Part shown: positions 27,697-64,000 of the stretch, piece by piece | How the letters are laid out: the number at the start of each line of letters is the position of its first letter | Position numbering within the stretch: position 1 is the stretch's first letter | Assembly (NCBI GenBank): GCA_963693365.1 | Contig: CAVNZM010000016.1 | Coordinates: forward strand, 157,341-221,340 | Length of the DNA stretch: 64,000 bases | Reading direction: 5' to 3' | DNA from: Amoebidium appalachense | Taxonomy: Eukaryota; Protista; Ichthyosporea | Notes under the pieces: model-generated | Told to the model about the DNA's origin: nothing | Seen by the model: only the letters and a program-made list of their open reading frames with translations | The model's database searches: none | Translations under genes and position numbers: made by a program

Positions 27697-28032
27697 TTGC
27701 CCCCGGCTCTGCCCGGCCCCGTCCAGCCCCGCCCCGCCCCTCAGTATCGGTTTCCGGCCCTGCCCTGCACACTATAGCAACGACAAATATAGCAATTTTG
27801 GTATCATGTGTTTACTAATAGACGTGTCTGTGCTGGCCATGGCGTGCCTGAAATTTCATAGGAAGAGGCCACCGGGGCGATGGGAGCCAGAGGGAGGCAG
27901 GGTTACATTTTTCGAACTCGTGAACTTTCAGATCATAGGCCAATTAGCTCCATACACGAGGAGTCATGCAAAGGCTTTCTTTCAGAATATCCTGAGCATT
28001 GTAGCTTGGAAAACATGCGCATCAACATGAAA

Positions 28033-28104
28033 GGGGCAATGGTCTAGAGGTATGATTCCTGTTTTGGGTACAGGAGGTCCCGGGTTCAAACCCCGGTTGC
28101 CCCC
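28033..28104 (+). tRNA. tRNA-Pro (anticodon TGG)
   Basis: Acceptor stem GGGGCAA/TTGCCCC, D-arm TGGTCTAGAGGTATGATT, anticodon arm CCTGT-TT-TGG-GT-ACAGG, T-arm CCGGG-TTCAAAC-CCCGG, oligo-T Pol III terminator at ~28110. Confidence 0.95.
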
Positions 28105-28329
28105 ATCGCTTTTTGCCTTTCTTCAGGCCTGAGCCTGGGGCTTTTTTTTTCTTTTTCTGACACACCTCCTCAGGTTATGCACACACACAGTATGTAACCT
28201 CCCCGCAGCTTCCCTCCCTAGCTTCCCCTCATATAGCCACAAACATACAGTGTACACGTGCGCCCACATCAACCAGCGCACCTCCGTTCTTTTTTTAGGT
28301 TCAATAGTGAATCAATACCCAACCAATAG

Positions 28330-29250
28330 CAGCCCCCCCAAATAGATCTAATACATTCCATTGAACGTATTATCAATATAAAACCCTTGGCAAATTTCCT
28401 TGAAGCAGAAGTTGCCTCCTTTCTATCTAACAACTGTTGTAAACCTGGGCCTGTAACGCTCTCGATATATGGTCTGGTCCCAATAGCTGCTAGAGTATCC
28501 TATCTCGCGCTGAAATTCAATAAGCACATAAGCCGCTTAAAGAAGTATTTGCCCTCCCACCCTCTCTTCTCTATCCGACCTGTCCCCTCCTCACCTCCCC
28601 CCCTCTTTCCTCCCCTCTCTCTCCCCTTCTCCCCTGGGCACAAATACAAATAAACCCCGCAATAGTGTGTGTGTGACTTTGGACTGCCACTTACTTATTA
28701 AACATGTACACAATCACAAGATAATCACGCAATATAACAAATGGAAAAAGATACCACACGACACTAGACCCGATGAAAGCATACACCTTGAAAAACTAAG
28801 CCTTATGTCTCGTTTTATATATACTGACCGCCTCAACCATATTGCCAAATATGGCACTCGCAAGTGTATAACACCTAAATACATATTACCTTCCTGTAGA
28901 ACTGGTCTTTCTCTAGCTGATGGTATTATTGATCAATTACCACGCTTTTACTGTACACGTGCTATACAGTGGAGATCTAATAAGTATAAGGTGGCATCAT
29001 TTGCATGCCCAAACAACACACACACACACCAGTTTAACCGGTCATGTATCGCCAAATGTAGTTTGATAGACCACATAATACCGCAACACACACACGTCAC
29101 ATTCACAACAGACACCCAGAAAGATAGCCTACCTGTAAATTACAACATCCTTGATTTTATACTAAACACGCGTAACTACGACCTGTTTATTAGATGTATT
29201 GATTGGCTTGAGAAACACATCACTACAAAATTATAGCGCACACACACACA

Positions 29251-29311
<61 letters not shown>
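28330..29311 (+). mobile_element. Probable 5'-truncated, degenerate non-LTR (LINE-like) retrotransposon 3' end with (CA)n tail
   Basis: Intronless AT-rich ORF pieces (LSIYGLVPIAARVSYLALKF; RAIQWRSNK..CP..NRSCIAKC..YNILDFILN) resemble, from recall, post-RT/C-terminal regions of fungal/protist LINEs; stop at 29236 is followed directly by (CA)n. No RT catalytic motif is present. Confidence 0.5.
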
Positions 29312-29313
<2 letters not shown>

Positions 29314-29375
29314 CCAGCTGATACCGAGTGTCCCGAGGGAAGCCCCTTTAAAAAAAATTAAAATTAAAATTAAAA

Positions 29376-29435
<60 letters not shown>

Positions 29436-29436
<1 letters not shown>

Positions 29437-30508
29437 GGGGAACCCCAACTAATTGATTTCTCCTTGTAGTCTTTATGGTGTCTCGTAGAGAAAGTAAACC
29501 CTGATATATAGTCACCACCCGACATCTATGTACGTGATCATGATATACCGCTGAGGGGATATTCCGAGCAAAACCCCCCCCATACCTGAGACTGGTTCTC
29601 TTTGCCTCGAGTAAACAGCGTAAACCCCATCAATATATATAATGCGTTGTTTGCCGGACCTCAAATCCGGAATTTGGAGGGGACCAAAGGCCATTTTGTG
29701 AGGCATCAAAAACCATCGAAACGTTGCTTAGTTGTTTTTATGACATCAAAATCGCTAAATATTCTTGCGATACTAATGAAAAAGCCTAAAATAACTATAT
29801 ATTTGATAATGAGAAAATTGAAATATAGTGCCCTAAAGTTGGGCCCGAGAGGATGTACGTACTCGGGGCTTTGAAGTAAAAAGAAAAAAACCAGCGGTTT
29901 CGGAGTCTACTGTGAACGCGCTGGGCTGAATGACGGCAGAGATCAGGTGATTCCCGTATCAAAACGGTTTTCGTTTCTAACCCAGAATGGAACGCACCTT
30001 TTTTAGTGCCGGACCTCAAATCCGGAATTTGGAGGGGACCAAGGGCCATTTTGTGAGGCATCAAAAACCATCGAAACGTTGCTTAGTTGTTTTTATGACA
30101 TCAAAATCGCTAAATATTCTTGCGATACTAATAAAAAAGCCTAAAATAACTATATATTTGATAATGAGAAAATTGAAATATAGTGCCCTAAAGTTGGGCC
30201 CGAGAGGATGTACGTACTCGGGGCTTTGAAGTAAAAAGAAAAAAACCAGCGGTTTCGGAGTCTACTGTGAACGCGCTGGGCTGAATGATGGCAGAGATCA
30301 GGTGATTCCCGTATCAAAACTGTTTTGGTTTCTAACCCAGAATGGAACGCACTTTTTTTAGAGAAATTCGGCGATATTTGTTTTACAACGTATTATATCA
30401 TTGGTACAACGACATTTTGAAAATTTTAATGTCATAGAACTACCAATCCAATCACAAAAACCTCAAAGGTCTGCTAACACCGGTTTAGGGGGACACGGGG
30501 ATGAGAAC

Positions 30509-30545
<37 letters not shown>

Positions 30546-30741
30546 GGGGAACCCCAACTAATTGATTTCTCCTTGTAGTCTTTATGGTGTCTCGTAGAGA
30601 AAGTAAACCCTGATATATAGTCACCACCCGACATCTATGTACGTGATCATGATATACCGCTGAGGGGATATTCCGAGCAAACCCCCCCCCCCCATACCTG
30701 AGACTGGTTCTCTTTGCCTCGAGTAAACAGCGTAAACCCCC
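29436..30741. repeat. Composite repeat A-B-B-x-A: ~195-bp direct repeats (29436-29628, 30545-30741), each preceded by poly-A, flanking a 355-bp tandem duplication (29652-30006, 30007-30361)
   Basis: Near-identical copies directly visible; non-coding; unclassified. Confidence 0.85.
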
Positions 30742-30752
30742 AAATTCTATAT

Positions 30753-30785
<33 letters not shown>

Positions 30786-31923
30786 GGCCTGTGGCACACA
30801 CACACACACACACACACAAACACATGTACATTTTAATGTTTTAATAGCAGAAAGTTGTTGAAAAAAATAGAGTAAAAAACACAACTAAATCAATTCAGTA
30901 ATGTGAATATGACATTTGGGGCGAGTGTAGTAGAAGGGTTTGTGACTGATAATGATTATTTTTTTACACTAGAGCTAGCTAGGGTGATTCAAGCTGGGCG
31001 GTGGTCATTGGTAATTTTTTTATTTGTTTTTTTTCCACATTTACACACAAAGTAATAATCGAATAGAATACAAAAACAACTAAGAAGAAAAAAACGCATA
31101 CAACGATCACTTGGCCCACACACACACATTCACACACACACAAACATGCACACACACACACACACACACATAGACGTTGAACACAATGAAAGGAAATATA
31201 TCTAGAAAACACGGGTGCCATGATTGCAGTCACTGAGTATGAAAAGCATAAAAAAAAAATTGGGGGGGGCAGGGAATGGGAAGAGGGCAGGGAATGGGAA
31301 GAGGGCCGGGGGGGGGGGGGGGGGGGGGGGGGGGATGCTTTGAAGTAAACTGAGAATAGTATAATTGCAGTACTGACTTGTGAGCATGGTATATTGACAC
31401 ACACCGTAGAATGATGATTTTATGTTCGGGAACATTTCGGGGGGGTGCCAATTCCAGACTTCACTGAAATATGTTGCCCACCTGGCACTCAGTGCACGTG
31501 GAAAGTTTTATTGCCTGTCCATGAATATCATCGGGTTACCAAACAGTTCTGTAAAATAAGTAAAACAACAAAATAATAAAAATATTATAAAAATTTTGCA
31601 AGCAATTTAGAACATATTGCACTCGGTGGTTTTCAGCTACATGTTTTTGGAGGACCACAAGTAAACTTGGTACTTCGGCAATGCATGGCAATCTCTAGAG
31701 ATCTCCCGGCCCTAGACTGATAACACAGTGTGGCAAGAAAGGGGGGGGGGGGGGGGGGGAAGGGGGGGGGGGGGGGGGGGGGGGGGGGGTAAATGAAAGG
31801 GAAAAGGGTCATAACATTTGGCAGATCCAGCAACTGCAGGATTTGGGGGGGGGGGGGGGGGGGAGCAAGCGTGAGGCGGGGGGGCCAAGGGGGGGGGGGG
31901 GGAGGGGGGAAGCGTGAGGCGAG

Positions 31924-31954
<31 letters not shown>

Positions 31955-32157
31955 AGGAAGCGTGAGGCGGGGGGGGGAGGGGGGGGGGGGGGGGGAGCGT
32001 GAGGCGAGGGAGGGGGGGGGGGGGGGGGGGGGAGGGGGAGAGGGAGGTAACAACCACACAACCCAACATCAATAACTGTCTCGTTATGTTTTGGCGCCGG
32101 CGACAGCCGGCGCACAGACCTACTTGTAAGCCAATAAGCTCGTTTTACTTTAGCCAA

Positions 32158-33755
32158 TAGATCTATCCAACAGAGCCCGATATGCACACCGACTCGGCGT
32201 AGGCTACGTAGCAGGCATAAAAACGGAGAAACAAGCTTGCATAAAGCCAGAAGTTTTCACAACCAAACTCTCGTCTTTGTTCCTCTCTTCTTCTCTCAGT
32301 CACCAACGATTACAACTCCTCATGGTTGCAGAGAGGTCTTTCCTGCCTCGAAGGCTTCATTGCCTCGAGTCCCTCTGGTCATCACCAGGTCACGGTACCG
32401 CACGCTATAAGCTCCGTGCTGCGCTACAACTCTGCTACGAATACACTGCACTGCTGAGCGCTGTTCTTCTACTGCTTAGCTTTTCAGCACCAGCCACAGC
32501 ACCAGCATCAGACTGCAGCCATACACAATGAAAGTTCATCGTTCCTCCCCATCCCATTTGCACGATTTGCACAAGATGCGCAAACATCGTTTTTTCCAAA
32601 ATCTCAAAAGGTGAGGCTTTTTTTTTTGTTCGAAAACGAAGAACTCAACAGTCATGCTCTTGCTGCACTACATATAACTTTTTTCCGACCACTTTCCATG
32701 TTTTGTCGTGTATCATTTACAGTCAATTGGTCTTTTGACAACTTATTCAAGCAACCAACCATTCCGAAAATCAAGAAATCAACCATCCACTCGTTCAATC
32801 AGTTTTTGAAGATCAAGACAATTACTACAAATGCACGGATACCACCCAACTTTGTCAACACCCGGCCACTCCTTTCTTTTTCCACCTCTATAACCCATTT
32901 ATTTCAACTTCTAAAGAAGCCTTCACCTCTTACACTGGGCTGGCAGAACGTGGTTTAGGGGCACAAATTCGACGACTTAACTGCCCGGTTGGAACCCCAC
33001 GTCGACTCTGCCTTCAGTGCTTTCCCTTTACAACAACAAAACCCAACTAACCACACACACAACCACACACGAAAACACCTGTTTCCATCAACATCAACAT
33101 CCCTTCTGGCCCTACTCAGTATGAACCGCACATGTTCACGGCAAAAAACACTTCTAACCGCTGACTTTCCCTAGATCCCACACACACCAACTACCACGGC
33201 AAAAGCAACTGCAACACAGTCCCACCGCCAGCAACAAGGACGAGGATGGTCACTGGAGGCAACACTATTAGAAAACCTGGCTCCTATACCTGTGACCCCT
33301 CCCTAGCAAAAGACTAGTTGGCACAGGGAAAATTGAACGCTGAAAGGCTTTGGAGCTCGAGGTTTTACCGAGTAAGCAACCGTTATGTACATGCCAGTGT
33401 GCCCACCTTTATTGCACGTATATGCAGACCGTAATTCAGCCTGCATGCATGCATGAGTGCTATGTAACTATTTGTAATTTTTCTTCAACAACCAACAAAA
33501 CGTTTATATGTAGACTTTGCTTTACTGTCAAGCTCGGGGACGAGCTTGCTTGACCCCGTATACCATGTGATGCCAATATGATTGGCTTAGCCGATCTATC
33601 CAGTTTATCCGGCTAGGTGACCAATGCGGGCAGAGCCCGACTCGGCGCAGCAGGCATAAAAACGGAGCAACAGGCTTGAAGCCAGAAGTTCCTTCCACAA
33701 CCGAACTCTCGTCTTTGTTCCTCTCTTCTTCTCTCACTCACCAACGATTACAACT
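32158..33755 (+). mobile_element. Decayed, internally deleted Ty3/gypsy-like LTR element
   Basis: Diverged direct repeats ~32158-32317 and ~33593-33755 (CATAAAAACGGAG...CACCAACGATTACAACT). PBS-like TGGTTGCAGAG at 32323-32333 (10/11 match to the complement of the metazoan-type tRNAiMet 3' end). AAGCTCGGGGACGAGCTT (LGDEL) before the 3' repeat resembles gypsy pol ends. LTR 5' boundaries and TSD not resolved. Confidence 0.6.
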
Positions 33756-34450
33756 TCTGTCGAATTTATTGTGGTTTTTTATTGGCCTGGAATGCGTCTA
33801 CATTCCATACCCGCACTGATAGCCAGGGTATGAAATTGTCATGTTTCTCTAGGTTAGAGGATTTCATTAGTTTCCTACAGTATAATCAGCAGTAAAAGGA
33901 GCACTCCAACATCATGAGAAGCACGATAATATAAACATAGCCACCTCTGCTTACTTTAGCATCACTTATACGCAATATTGGGTTGCCCTGACCTCGAAGA
34001 GAGAGGCACATTTTTGGCATTTTCAGAAACATTTTTACGGCACTCAGGTCATGTCACTGGCGGCGAGCTGAGCCGATCGCGAAAAAGCACACGAACTTTG
34101 CAAATAACTGCTATAAGTGTACTAATTAGCTGGGTGTCAACTATTCCTCAACATTCACAAAACCTACACACATCCTACCTTCAAGCTTCCTGATGGTTAG
34201 AACATTAGTTGCCCACACCAGGTCTTTTGGGTGCTTTTTTTTAGGTCTGTGGAAAACAAGGGTACTTCGAGGCACGTGTCCACGTTTGCAAGGCAAGCAG
34301 TTGCTTTTGGGTGTGGGATTTTTTTCGACGTTTTACACCAGCCTAACCCTTGCGCTGCTTTTCCAATTGTCAAAGTGCGCGTAGTCCTACAGGTGTAGCC
34401 GATCAGGTGTGTCCGACATTGTGCGTGTAGGCACAAGTGCACACCACGCG

Positions 34451-34637
34451 TGTGCCTAAACTGGTAAGCATGAGATAGCATCCCTTTGTGCCTAAACTGG
34501 TAAGCATGAGATAGCATCCCTGTGTGCCTAAACTGGTAAGCATGAGATAGCATCCCTGTGTGCCTAAACTGGTAAGCATGAGATAGCATCCCTGTGTGCC
34601 TAAACTGGTAAGCATGAGATAGCATCCCTGTGTGCCT
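34451..34637. repeat. 36-bp minisatellite x5 (TGTGCCTAAACTGGTAAGCATGAGATAGCATCCCTG)
   Basis: Directly visible, ends ~20 bp before the proposed PLC ATG. Confidence 0.95.
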
Positions 34638-34657
34638 CTACCTGGCCTGGAGAGAAA

Positions 34658-64000
<29,343 letters not shown>

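Noticed and set aside
34451-34637. 36-bp repeats resembling CRISPR repeat length
   Set aside because: Head-to-tail with no unique spacers, no cas genes, eukaryotic context.

Overview
Eukaryotic, very intron-rich genomic DNA full of (CA)n/(GT)n and poly-C/poly-G tracts. Most ORFs in the supplied track are microsatellite artefacts. Splicing the exons by hand gives three + strand genes. (1) 1-5622: a 5'-truncated, apparently disabled gene with Pro-rich phase-1 exons, an OTU-type cysteine protease domain and two tandem copies of an unrecognised ~130-aa domain. (2) 9520-24837: a ~22-exon ABCC/MRP-type ABC transporter. (3) 34658 to beyond 64000: a ~33-exon phosphoinositide-specific phospholipase C with THREE DEP domains in front of the PH-EF-X-Y core, the most unusual protein here. 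Also present: tRNA-Pro(TGG); a young non-autonomous Copia-type LTR element with a half-tRNAiMet primer site; a DIRS-like RNaseH/methyltransferase remnant; a LINE-like 3' fragment; a decayed Ty3/gypsy-like LTR element; several minisatellites and hairpins. The introns show recurrent architecture: duplicated splice junctions, (CA)n- or CCAAT-type acceptors, and a ~125-bp GATGGGCTCTG element. All models are manual and lack transcript evidence, so exon coordinates may be off by a few bases. The organism cannot be identified from this window.
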